Assembly: GCA_003155135.1 (NCBI GenBank)
Contig: PMFN01000015.1
Span: forward strand, 15,747 to 79,746
Source: Acidimicrobiaceae bacterium
GTDB taxonomy: Bacteria; Actinomycetota; Acidimicrobiia; Acidimicrobiales; RAAP-2
Length of the DNA stretch: 64,000 nucleotides
Direction of reading: 5' to 3'
Shown: piece after piece, positions 33,887-42,947 of the stretch
Layout of the letters: each line of letters starts with the position of its first letter
How positions within the stretch are numbered: position 1 is the first letter of the stretch
Program-made: the position numbers and the translations under genes
The notes under the pieces: generated by a model
Told to the model about the DNA's origin: nothing
Seen by the model: the letters and a program-made list of their open reading frames with translations, nothing else
Databases searched by the model: none

Positions 33887-35332
33887 TCAGGAGACCAGCC
33901 CGGCCGTCGTGACGTTCAGCCCATCGGCCGCGCGCGAGCGGTAGAGCGCCTGGATCTCGGTGAACTCCGAGAGGCCCCACGGCCCGTTCTCCACGCCCAC
34001 GCCGCTCCACTTGAAGCCGCCGAAGGGCTGCTGGGGTGCAAGAGCCAGGTGCGTGTTGACCCACGCGGTCCCGCACTCGAGCTCGGAGGCCACCTGGGCC
34101 GCCCGCTCGGGGTCCGCGCTCCACACCGAGCCCGAGAGCCCGAAGTGGGTGCTGTTCGCCCGCTCCAGTGCGTCGTCGAGGTTTCGGTAAGAGATGACCG
34201 GCAGGGCCGGACCGAACTGCTCCTCGTCGACGATGCGCGTGCCGTCGGTGATGTCGGCGAGGATCGTCGGCTCGAAGAAGTAGCCGGGCCGGTCCATGGC
34301 GTGGCCGCCGGTCACCGGCCGAGCCCCGCCCGAGATGGCGTCGGCCACCAGCTCCTTCACCCGCTCGTACTGCGGCTCGTTGTTGATCGGGCCGAGCTTG
34401 GACTCGGGGTCGGTCCCGTCCCCCACCTTGACCGTCGAGGCGTAGCCGGCCAGCGCCTCGACGACGTCGTCGTGGAGGGCCTCGGGGACATAGACCCGCT
34501 TGATGGCCGAGCAGACCTGCCCGTTGTTGTTGAAGGCGCCGGCGAAGATCGCCCGGGACACCACCGCCGGGTCGGCGTCGTCCAAGATGATCGCCGGGTC
34601 GTTGCCGCCCAGCTCGAGGGTCACGCGCTTCAGATCAGGTGCGGCCGACATGGCCACCTTCTTGCCGGTCTCGATCGACCCAGTGAAGCTCACCTTGCGC
34701 GGCGTCGGGTGACTGGTCATCCAGGCGCCGAGCTCGTCCCCACCGCTGACCGCATTGATCACCCCGGGGGGGACGGCGTCGCGGAGAAGCTCGACCGCCT
34801 TCAGCGTGCTGAGGGGCGTGAACGGCGAGGGCTTGATCACGAGCGTGTTGCCGGCGAGCAACGCGGGGGCGATCTTCCAGAAGGCGAGCGTGAGCGGGAA
34901 GTTCCACGGCGTGATGGCGGCGACGACACCGAGCGGGCGGCGTACCACCTCCACGAGGGCGCTCTCGTCGTCCTGGATGATCTGCGACGGCGTCTCCAGG
35001 TTGGCGAAGTACTGGCACCAGATGGCCGCGGCGAAGACCTCGACGTTGGCGTCGGCGAGGGGCTTGCCCTGCTCGGCGGTGAGCACCGGCGCGAGCTCGC
35101 CGGCAGAGGCCATCAGCACGTCGGCCATCCCGAGCAGCGTCGTGCGTCGGAACGCCTCGTCGGACTTCCAGTCCCGGTAGGCCTTGGCGGCGGACTCGAA
35201 GGCGCTGTCCAGCTGGGAGCGCGTGCACTCGGGCGCCTCGGCGAAGACTTCCCCCGTGGCCGGGTTGCGAACCCCGAACGTGGCCGCCGCGTGCGCAGTG
35301 TCCCCGGCGATGGTCATGACGACGTCGGACAT
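33887..35332 (-). CDS. NAD(P)-dependent aldehyde dehydrogenase
   Basis: Starts at ATG 35332 with GGGGGAG upstream. Contains ITPWNFP, VTLELGGNDP (catalytic Glu), NNGQVCSAIKR (catalytic Cys) and EEQFGP. Confidence 0.92.
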   Translation of the reverse strand: MSDVVMTIAGDTAHAAATFGVRNPATGEVFAEAPECTRSQLDSAFESAAKAYRDWKSDEAFRRTTLLGMADVLMASAGELAPVLTAEQGKPLADANVEVFAAAIWCQYFANLETPSQIIQDDESALVEVVRRPLGVVAAITPWNFPLTLAFWKIAPALLAGNTLVIKPSPFTPLSTLKAVELLRDAVPPGVINAVSGGDELGAWMTSHPTPRKVSFTGSIETGKKVAMSAAPDLKRVTLELGGNDPAIILDDADPAVVSRAIFAGAFNNNGQVCSAIKRVYVPEALHDDVVEALAGYASTVKVGDGTDPESKLGPINNEPQYERVKELVADAISGGARPVTGGHAMDRPGYFFEPTILADITDGTRIVDEEQFGPALPVISYRNLDDALERANSTHFGLSGSVWSADPERAAQVASELECGTAWVNTHLALAPQQPFGGFKWSGVGVENGPWGLSEFTEIQALYRSRAADGLNVTTAGLVS

Positions 35333-35368
35333 GGATCTCCCCCTATCGGATGCAACAGCTCTCCCGGC

Positions 35369-35397
35369 AGTTAATGCCGAGACCAGCGCGTTGTCAA
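35369..35397 (-). promoter_or_regulatory. candidate sigma-70-like promoter TTGACA-N17-TTAACT upstream of the aldehyde dehydrogenase gene
   Basis: Read on the minus strand: -35 at 35397-35392, a 17-nt spacer, and -10 at 35374-35369. That leaves about 30 nt of leader before ATG 35332. Confidence 0.35.
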
Positions 35398-35432
35398 TGC
35401 GTCCGGGTGCTCGGTCGGCCCGAGGGGGCCGC

Positions 35433-36290
35433 TCAGGGGCGCACGTCGGCGAGGGCCGAGAGCGCCTCCTCGTCGAGGACGACATCGGCCGCGGCGAGGT
35501 TCTCCTCCAAGTGGGCGAGCGCCGAGGTGCCCGGGATCAGCAGCACGCGCGGCGCGATGGCCAACAGCCACGCGAGCGCCACCTGGGGCGCCGTGACGTC
35601 CATGCGAGCGGCGGTCGCCTGGACGACGGGGTCGTTGAGCACAGGGCTCTCGGCGACGAATGCCGACCCGAGGGGGAAGAAGGGCACGAAGGGTGTCCCG
35701 TCCTCGACGCAGGCGTCGAAGAGGTCCTGCTCGGCCCGCTCGATGAGGTTGTACGCGTTCTGCACGCAGGCGACCTCCGTCGTGGCCTGGGCAGTGCGGT
35801 ACTCGTCGAGGGTGACGTTGCTGAGCCCGATGCCACCGATCAGCCCCTCGTCGCGCAGCGCAGCCATCTCGCCCAACTGCTCATCCAACGGCACCGTCCC
35901 CTCGGGGTGGCGCCGCAGGTTGACGACATGGACCTGGTCGACCCCGAGGCTGCGCAGGTTCGTCTCGACACCCGAGCGGAGCTCCTCGGGGCGCTGCGCC
36001 GGGAGCCAGCCACCGTCGGCGCCGCGGGCCGCGCCCACCTTCGACACCAAGACGAGCTCGTCGTCATAGGGGAAGAGGGCCTCTTTGATCAGGTCGTTGG
36101 CGACATCGGGCCCGTAGAACTGCGCGGTGTCGATGTGGTTGACGCCGGCCGACCTCGCCGCCCGCAGCACGGCAATGGCGGCGTCGTGGTCCTTCGGGGG
36201 GCCGAACACGCCCGTCCCTGGGAGCTGCATGGCCCCGAACCCCATGCGGTGGACGGGATGGCCGGCGAGAAGGACTGGTGCGGTGGGCAT
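35433..36290 (-). CDS. aldo/keto reductase
   Basis: Contains MGFGAMQL, HIDTAQFYGP, LVSKVG and LIPGTSALAHLEENL, typical AKR motifs. Confidence 0.9.
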   Translation of the reverse strand: MPTAPVLLAGHPVHRMGFGAMQLPGTGVFGPPKDHDAAIAVLRAARSAGVNHIDTAQFYGPDVANDLIKEALFPYDDELVLVSKVGAARGADGGWLPAQRPEELRSGVETNLRSLGVDQVHVVNLRRHPEGTVPLDEQLGEMAALRDEGLIGGIGLSNVTLDEYRTAQATTEVACVQNAYNLIERAEQDLFDACVEDGTPFVPFFPLGSAFVAESPVLNDPVVQATAARMDVTAPQVALAWLLAIAPRVLLIPGTSALAHLEENLAAADVVLDEEALSALADVRP

Positions 36291-36479
36291 GCACCCATTT
36301 AACCGTCCTCGGCGCGCGCGCAGACCGGGACCACCCCGGCTGGAGTCGCGGGGCCGGGCGGTCCGTGCCCTTCCGCCAGTCCGGGTGGAGCACCGGTCGA
36401 GCCGCCCGGGCCCGTCCTCGACTGCCTGCGATCTTCGGACCGTCCATGCTCGACATCATCGGGTGACACGGCGACCCAC

Positions 36480-37325
36480 TCAGCCGTGAAGGGGGTCCGA
36501 GAGGTACCCGCGCAGCGCCGCGCGCCGGCGCTCGAGCAGGCCCAAGCCGACGAAGTGGCCGCCCACCCAGCCCGCGATGGCCACCGCACACGTGAGGGCC
36601 ACCCCCTCGGTGAACTCGACCGGGCTGAGCGGGCCCGAGAGGCCGTGCTTGGCCGACATGTCCCACAGGAGCGCAGAGGGGAACGTCAGTGCGGTCGCAA
36701 GGGCAGGCACGAAGCCGTACGGAAGAAGGGCGAGGGCCAGCCAGCGCCAGATCATGTGCCTCCAGGGGCGGCGGTTCATGGCCCGGGTGCGCAGCGGGAT
36801 CGGGTGGTAGGGCGCGACGATGCCCAACCACCCGGCGATCCCGAGCGCGCCGAAGGGAACGATGGCGATCCACACCATGGTCGGCAGTCCCGACCGCCAG
36901 TTGCCGCTCGAGGTGATGACGAAGGTGGCGACCAGGAGGCACACGGGCGAGACCAGGAGCCAGAGCGCGACGTTCTTGGCCGACCACAAGAGGCGCAGCT
37001 CGTCGGGCTCCTCGAGGGCCGCCAGCATCCGCCGGCGGTCGGGGGCGATGACGTTGGTGGCGGGCACGTCGGAGTACATCCACACGGCCAGCACCATCGG
37101 CAGCGCCAGCGAGCCATGGAGCCTGAAGAAGAACTCGCGCAGGCCGAACGGTATGAGGTACCAGGCGAACAGCATGAGCGCGGCATTGGCCGCCACCACG
37201 ATCGGCGTCTCGTAGGGGCGCTGGAAGCATCGGCGGAACTCGCTGCGAACGGCCTGGCCGAACGTGAGCGGGAGGACGACTTCGCCGTCGGCGCTCCGCC
37301 GGGCACGGCGCTCGAGGGAGGTCAC
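36480..37325 (-). CDS. hypothetical polytopic membrane protein
   Basis: The candidate GTG start is 37325. There are about six hydrophobic spans (MLFAWYLIPFG, ALPMVLAVWMY, VALWLLVSPVCLLVATFVI, MVWIAIVPFGALGIAGWLGIV and others). No family recognised and no partner ATPase nearby. Confidence 0.55.
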   Translation of the reverse strand: MTSLERRARRSADGEVVLPLTFGQAVRSEFRRCFQRPYETPIVVAANAALMLFAWYLIPFGLREFFFRLHGSLALPMVLAVWMYSDVPATNVIAPDRRRMLAALEEPDELRLLWSAKNVALWLLVSPVCLLVATFVITSSGNWRSGLPTMVWIAIVPFGALGIAGWLGIVAPYHPIPLRTRAMNRRPWRHMIWRWLALALLPYGFVPALATALTFPSALLWDMSAKHGLSGPLSPVEFTEGVALTCAVAIAGWVGGHFVGLGLLERRRAALRGYLSDPLHG

Positions 37326-37409
37326 GGCCTGGAGTCTTGACCGGCCCCGCCGGCGACGCAACGCGCCCGCCACGTGCGGGGGCGTCGCAAGCGGGGGTAG
37401 AACACCTCC

Positions 37410-38276
37410 ATGCAAATCGGCGTGGTCTTTCCTCAGACAGAGTTGGGTGGCGACCCCGGAGCCGCCCGTGCGTACGCACAGGGGGTGGAGGCGCTCGGCT
37501 ACGGGCACGTGCTCTGCTACGACCACGTGGTCGGCGCCGACGCCGAGGTGCACAAGGACTGGAAGGGCCCCTACGACCTGCACACCACCTTCCACGAGCC
37601 ATTCGTGCTCTTCGGCTTCCTCGCCGCGTGCACCGCCCTCGAGCTCGTGACGGGGATCATCATCCTCCCCCAGCGCCAGACCGCCCTAGTCGCCAAGCAG
37701 GCGGCCGAAGTCGACCTCCTCACCGGCGGGCACTTCCGCTTGGGCGTCGGCCTCGGGTGGAACGCCGTCGAGTACGAGGCCCTCGGCAAGGAGTTCTCCA
37801 ACCGCGGGGCGCGCATCGACGAGCAGGTCGAGCTGCTCCGGGCGCTGTGGAGCAAGCAGAGCGTGACGTTCCACGGTGCCCACGAGACGGTCACCGGCGC
37901 GGGCCTCGCACCGCTGCCGGTGCAGCGCCCCATCCCGGTGTGGTTCGGCGCCCAGTCGGCCCCCGCCTACCGTCGGGTGGGGCGCCTGGCCGACGGCTGG
38001 TTCCCCCAGGTGCCGCCCGGCGAGCGGCTCGACGAGGCGAGGGCGCTCGTCGAGCAATCCGCGCGCGACGCCGGGCGTGACCCTTCCTCGCTCGGCATGG
38101 AGGGCCGGGTGTCGTGGGGACCCGAGGGCCTCGACAAGCTGGTCGGCCACGTCGAGAAATGGCGGGCCGCCGGGGCCAGCCACGTCTCGATCAACACCAT
38201 GGGCGCGGGGCTCGTCGGCGTGGACGGCCACCTCGAGGCACTCGGGCGCGCCATCGGGGCGATCGGGCCGGCCTGA
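37410..38276 (+). CDS. LLM-class (luciferase-like) flavin/F420-dependent oxidoreductase
   Basis: Contains MQIGVVFPQ, ILPQRQTALVAKQAAEVDLLTGGHFRLGVGLGWN and PIPVWFG, typical of actinobacterial LLM class F420-dependent enzymes. Confidence 0.88.
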   Translation: MQIGVVFPQTELGGDPGAARAYAQGVEALGYGHVLCYDHVVGADAEVHKDWKGPYDLHTTFHEPFVLFGFLAACTALELVTGIIILPQRQTALVAKQAAEVDLLTGGHFRLGVGLGWNAVEYEALGKEFSNRGARIDEQVELLRALWSKQSVTFHGAHETVTGAGLAPLPVQRPIPVWFGAQSAPAYRRVGRLADGWFPQVPPGERLDEARALVEQSARDAGRDPSSLGMEGRVSWGPEGLDKLVGHVEKWRAAGASHVSINTMGAGLVGVDGHLEALGRAIGAIGPA

Positions 38277-38281
38277 GCGGT

Positions 38282-38731
38282 TCACTCAGTTGCCGAGCCG
38301 GGCGCCAGCACCCAGTTGCAGCACTCGAAGAACCCACGCTGGCCGGCGCCCACCTGGTTCAGGCAGACGCGGTCGAAGCCGGCGTCGAAGACCACACTGA
38401 TCGCCGCCACGTGGCCCTCGGGCCCCAGGTGATCGCCTCGGCCACCATGCCCTCTGTCACCGGCGCGACAGCGGGCGAACTGCCACGGCAGGGGCAGCTC
38501 CTGGGCCAGCTGGCCCTCAAGCGCCTCGTTCGGCCACAGGCTGGCGGCGAGGGTCCGCGCCGTCGCCGCGTCCTCCCCGGAGCAGATCGTGACCACGCCG
38601 ATGGCCCGGCCCTTCCCGCCGCTTCCGATGAAGACCGAGCGACATCCTGCCTCCTCTCCCCGGCGTGCGTACTCGACGAGCTCGCCTGGCCCGTACTCCT
38701 CGCTCGAGAGAAAGAGGCCGATCTCAGCGAT
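38282..38731 (-). pseudogene. remnant of an F420-dependent LLM oxidoreductase (glucose-6-phosphate-dehydrogenase-like branch): no start codon, internal deletion, two frameshifts
   Basis: In my own translation one frame reads IAEIGLFLSSEEYGPGELVEYARRGEEAGCRSVFI, joined directly to GSGGKGRAIGVVTICSGEDAATARTLAASLWPNEALEGQLAQELPLPWQFA. The SDHF..PW core and roughly 190 aa of barrel are missing. The expected APVTEGMVAEAITWGP lies in a second frame and EGHVAAISVVFDAGFDRVCLNQVGAGQRGFF lies back in the first. No ATG or GTG occurs between the upstream TAA and IAEIG. Confidence 0.55.
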
Positions 38732-38865
38732 GTGCGCTGCTCTCCGTGTGAGCGCCCGTGCTTGCGCCAGTCGCCGGCGAACGGCAAGCCGTTACCCCGA
38801 CGTCGCCGCAGGTTGCGCGGCACTCGAGAGCGCAGGTGCCGGGGGTGCCCACTACCCTGCGGGCC

Positions 38866-41070
38866 ATGGTCGAGGGGGCGGGGACATGGGCTGCGGCGGT
38901 GGGCTCGGTGCAGGGGGGCACACCGGTCGCCGAGGTGGTCGCCGGCCTGCTCGAGGCCATGACGCCCGATGAGAAGCTCTGGTGCCTCGACGGGGACCTC
39001 CCGTTCTGGGCGGGGCTCGGCGACCTGGGTGAGGGCGGCTACCACAAGCGGACCTTCCCAGCGGCACGCGTGGAGCGTCTGGGCATCCCGGGCTTCGCCT
39101 TCTCCGACGGGCCGCGCGGCGTGGTGATCGGCCCGGCCACCTGCTTCCCGGTCTCGATGGCCCGCGGGGCGGCCTGGGACCTCGAGCTCGAAGAGCGCAT
39201 CGGCGACGCCATCGGTACCGAGTTGCGCTCCGTGGGTGCCGACCTCTTCGGGGGTGTGTGCGTGAACGTGCTGCGCCACCCGGCGTGGGGCCGAGCCCAG
39301 GAGACCTACGGCGAAGACCCCTTCCACGTGGGCGAGCTCGGGGCAGCCCTCGTGCGCGGCGTGCAGCGCCACGCCATGGCGTGCGTCAAGCACCTGGCGT
39401 GCAACTCCATGGAGAACGCCCGCTTCGAGGTCGACGTGGCCGTCGACGAGGTCGCGCTGCACGAGGTGTTCCTGCCGCAGTTCCGGCGCATCGTCGACGA
39501 GGGCGTGGCAGTCGTGATGACTGCCTACAACGCGTTGAACGGCGAGTGGTGCGGCCAGAACCGCCCGCTCCTCACCCAGATACTGCGTGACGAGTGGGGG
39601 TTCTCGGGCTTCGCGATCAGCGACTGGATCTTCGGCCTGCGAGACGCCGGACTCTCGCTCACTGCGGGCCTCGACGTCGAGATGCCCTACCAGATGGTGC
39701 GCGCCGGGGGCCTCGATGCGGCACTGGCGGATGGAGCCACAAGCTGGGAGGACGTCGACCGCTCCGTGGCCCACGTGCTCGCCACGCTGCTGCGCTTCAG
39801 CGGGGTGCTCGCTGCCGAGCGGCCCGGCAGTGACGTCCTCGCCAGCCCGGCGCACCGGGCCCTCGCACGGGAGGCCGCGGCCAAGTCCGTGGTGCTCCTG
39901 CGCAACGAGCCCGTCGACGGGGTGCCGGTCCTCCCCCTCGACCCGGCCCGGCTCCAGCGCGTGGCCCTGCTCGGCGCGCTGGCCGATATCCGCAATCTCG
40001 GTGACGGGGGGTCGAGCGACGTGTGGGCAGAGAGCGTGGTGACCCCGGCCGCCGGACTGCGCCTGGCGCTCGGTGGCGTCGAGCTCACCCTCGACGACGG
40101 CACCGACGCAACCCGGGCCGGCGTGGTGGCGGCCGATGCCGACGTGGCGGTGGTCGTCGTCGGCTACACGAAGGACGACGAAGGAGAGTTCATCGGTGCC
40201 GGCGGGACGAACACGGCCCTCCAGGCACTGATGCCTGGCCCCGACGATCCCGATCTCGCCGCCCGCTTCACCGACTCGGTCGCTGCGAATCCCGGGCCGG
40301 AGCCGCCGGCCGGCCTCGCTGCGGCAGGCCCACTCACCTTCTCGACCGGTGGCGACCGGTCCTCCCTTCGCCTCCACCGGTCCGACGAGGACCTCATCGC
40401 TGCGGTTGTCGCCGCCAACCCCCGCACCGTCGTGGTGCTCGTGGCGGGCAGCGCTGTGCTCACCCCGTGGGCCGACGACGTCCCGGCCGTGCTGCAGGGC
40501 TTCTACGGCGGCATGGAGGGCGGCCACGGCCTAGCCGACGTGCTGGTCGGCCGGCGCAGCCCCGGCGGCCGGCTGCCCTTCAGTGTGCCGACCGACGAGG
40601 CGCACCTTCCGCCCTTTGACCACGAGGCCACGGTGTGCACCTACGACCGCTGGCACGGGTGGTGGAAGTTGGAGCGCGACGGTCACCCGGCGCGGTTCCC
40701 CTTCGGGTGGGGCCTCACCTACTCGGGCTTCGAGTGGGGCGAGTTCTCCGCCAACGTGGCGGACGGCGTGCTCGAGGTCACCGGGTCGGTCACGAACACC
40801 GGCGGCCACACCGCGGCCGAGGTCGTCCAGGTCTACGGCGCCGCCGCGAGCTTCCCCGACCAGCCGCGCCGACTGGTGGGCTTCGCCCGGCTCGAGGTGG
40901 CACCGGGCGCCGGTGCGGAGGTAACGATCCGGGTGCCTCTTTCGCTCCTGGCGGCACGTGACGCCGCCGCAGCGCGCTGGGTGTTGCCGCAGGGGCGTGT
41001 GGACCTCGAGATGGCCCGCCACGTGGGCGATCCCCGCTCCCAGCGCGTCACCGTCGAGGTGCCGGACTGA
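38866..41070 (+). CDS. glycoside hydrolase family 3 (beta-glucosidase-like)
   Basis: Contains MTPDEKLW, FSDGPRGV, VKHLACNS and the nucleophile region GFSGFAISDW, with a C-terminal FN3-like end. Start placed at ATG 38866. Confidence 0.9.
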   Translation: MVEGAGTWAAAVGSVQGGTPVAEVVAGLLEAMTPDEKLWCLDGDLPFWAGLGDLGEGGYHKRTFPAARVERLGIPGFAFSDGPRGVVIGPATCFPVSMARGAAWDLELEERIGDAIGTELRSVGADLFGGVCVNVLRHPAWGRAQETYGEDPFHVGELGAALVRGVQRHAMACVKHLACNSMENARFEVDVAVDEVALHEVFLPQFRRIVDEGVAVVMTAYNALNGEWCGQNRPLLTQILRDEWGFSGFAISDWIFGLRDAGLSLTAGLDVEMPYQMVRAGGLDAALADGATSWEDVDRSVAHVLATLLRFSGVLAAERPGSDVLASPAHRALAREAAAKSVVLLRNEPVDGVPVLPLDPARLQRVALLGALADIRNLGDGGSSDVWAESVVTPAAGLRLALGGVELTLDDGTDATRAGVVAADADVAVVVVGYTKDDEGEFIGAGGTNTALQALMPGPDDPDLAARFTDSVAANPGPEPPAGLAAAGPLTFSTGGDRSSLRLHRSDEDLIAAVVAANPRTVVVLVAGSAVLTPWADDVPAVLQGFYGGMEGGHGLADVLVGRRSPGGRLPFSVPTDEAHLPPFDHEATVCTYDRWHGWWKLERDGHPARFPFGWGLTYSGFEWGEFSANVADGVLEVTGSVTNTGGHTAAEVVQVYGAAASFPDQPRRLVGFARLEVAPGAGAEVTIRVPLSLLAARDAAAARWVLPQGRVDLEMARHVGDPRSQRVTVEVPD

Positions 41071-41114
41071 AGAGCCAGGAGCGGATCAGGGCCTCGGACC
41101 GCGCGGGCCACCGG

Positions 41115-42947
41115 CTATGGCCACAACAGCTCGCCCAGCCCCGACGCCCTCGCCACCGGACGCTCGATGGCCGTACGCAGCGCAGCCTCACTCGAGACGA
41201 CGGTGATCCGAGGTGCCCTCGTGACCGCGGTGTAGAGCAGCTCGCGCGACAACACGGGCGACGCGGCGTCGGCCAGCGAGACGACGGCGTGGCCGAACTC
41301 CGATCCCTGTGCCTTGTGGATGGTCATGGCCCACCACCATTCGAACTCGGCCAGCTGTGCGGTGGAACGGAGGTCGATGCCCGAAGGGCCGGCCATGGCC
41401 ACGGCCACCGAGTCGCCGTCGGTCACGACGACCCCGACGTCGCCGTTCGACAGCCCGTTCAATGCGTCGTTGGCCGTCACGATCACCGGCCGGCCGGGCG
41501 CCCACCTGCGGTAGCGCGAGAAGGCGGAAACCCGCTCGGCAACGGCCGCCTCGATGCGCTCGGACCAGTCGGCGGCGCTGAGTCGACCCAGTCGGCGGGC
41601 CGCCAGCACCTTGACGCCAGTTGCGGCTGCCAGCGCCCCCGCGGCGTCGCCGGCGATGGCGCGCGTCGCCACGTCGACGGCACCGTCGACTGCCACTCGC
41701 TCCACCTCGGCGAGCGCTGCGGCATCGTCGGATCGCACCCACGACACGTCAGGCGACTCGCCGTCGAGGACCGCCATTGCACGAGCGGCGTCACCGGTGC
41801 GCACGGCCCGGGCCAGGGCGGCGACGGCCGAGTCGGCGGCGAAGCGGTGGACGTGCTCGAGGACGCTGACGTGCCCGGCCAGCGGTCCCGTGCCTGACAG
41901 CGGGTCCGGACCCACCAGGTCGGCCATCACCGTCCCGACTTCGATGCTCGTGAGCTGGAACGGGTCACCAACGAGCACGAGGTGGGCGGCCGGCGGCAGT
42001 GCTTCGAGCAACCGGCTGAGCAGCGGGAGCGACAGCATCGACGTCTCGTCGACCACCACCATGTCGTAGGCAAGCGGGTTTCGCCGGCCATGACGGAACC
42101 TGGTGCCACCGCCCGCCCCGAGTAGCCGGTGCACGGTGAGTGCGGGCGTGGCATCGATGAGCGCCGCCATCCCGGGGGTGATGGCACCGGCGCCCTCGAG
42201 CGCCGCCACCTGCTGGCGCACGGCCTCGAGCATCCGAGACGCCGCCTTGCCGGTGGGTGCGGCCAGCGCAACCCGCAGCCCCTCTCCCCGCCGGCTCGCC
42301 ACTAGGTGGGCGGCCGACAGGGCACGCGCCACGGTGTGCGTCTTGCCCGTCCCCGGGCCGCCGGCGATGACCGACACCGCTTCGGTGAGGGCGCGTCGAG
42401 CTGCTTCTCGTTGACGGTCCCGCCCGCTCGGCCGGGGCCCGAAGACCGCGTCGAGACAGCTGTCGAGCTCAGCCGGCGACGCCTCCCCGAGCACAGGCGT
42501 CGTCGAACAGCGCGCAGCGATGACCGCAGCCGTGCAGCGCTCGAAATCGAAGTAGCGCTGGAGGTACAGGCGTCGCCCGTCCCAGACGAGGGGACGGAGG
42601 GGCTGGGCCTCGTAGTCGGCCGGCTGGGCGACGATGCGGCTGTCCTCGAGTACTGCCGCCCATTGGCCGGTCTCGGGCCAGTCGAGCGTGGACGCGAGCT
42701 CATCGTCGGCGTCGGCCGCCAGGCGGTGGACCGCCTCGAGCTCCAGCCCGACGTGGCCGAGACGCGTGGCACGGACGGCAGCGGCCAGCGCCAGCTGCTC
42801 TTCGGGCCCGAGGCCACCGGCCAGACGACCGATGGCGGCCACGCAGTGGACCTCCAACCGCCCGAGGACGCCGGCGCGCACGAACGGGGTCAGCACCTCG
42901 GTCCCGGCCGGCGCGCTTGCCAGCCCGCCGGCGCCAACGGCGCTCAT
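41115..42947 (-). CDS. recD: exodeoxyribonuclease V subunit alpha
   Basis: Contains Walker A IAGGPGTGKTH, VVVDETSM, and C-terminal TIHKAQGSEF. Its ATG overlaps the recB stop (ATGA at 42944-42947). Confidence 0.9.
   Translation of the reverse strand: MSAVGAGGLASAPAGTEVLTPFVRAGVLGRLEVHCVAAIGRLAGGLGPEEQLALAAAVRATRLGHVGLELEAVHRLAADADDELASTLDWPETGQWAAVLEDSRIVAQPADYEAQPLRPLVWDGRRLYLQRYFDFERCTAAVIAARCSTTPVLGEASPAELDSCLDAVFGPRPSGRDRQREAARRALTEAVSVIAGGPGTGKTHTVARALSAAHLVASRRGEGLRVALAAPTGKAASRMLEAVRQQVAALEGAGAITPGMAALIDATPALTVHRLLGAGGGTRFRHGRRNPLAYDMVVVDETSMLSLPLLSRLLEALPPAAHLVLVGDPFQLTSIEVGTVMADLVGPDPLSGTGPLAGHVSVLEHVHRFAADSAVAALARAVRTGDAARAMAVLDGESPDVSWVRSDDAAALAEVERVAVDGAVDVATRAIAGDAAGALAAATGVKVLAARRLGRLSAADWSERIEAAVAERVSAFSRYRRWAPGRPVIVTANDALNGLSNGDVGVVVTDGDSVAVAMAGPSGIDLRSTAQLAEFEWWWAMTIHKAQGSEFGHAVVSLADAASPVLSRELLYTAVTRAPRITVVSSEAALRTAIERPVARASGLGELLWP

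Noticed and set aside
38359-40527. 722-aa minus-strand ORF
   Set aside because: It lies antisense to the GH3 glycosidase for almost its whole length. Only its extreme 3' end (about 38420-38470) carries real coding signal, and that is the shifted frame of the LLM pseudogene.
41085-41098. A third copy of the shared intergenic motif (GATCAGGGCCT)
   Set aside because: Only 11 nt match. The TTTTGGC and CCTTCTCC parts are absent. A match of this length is expected by chance.
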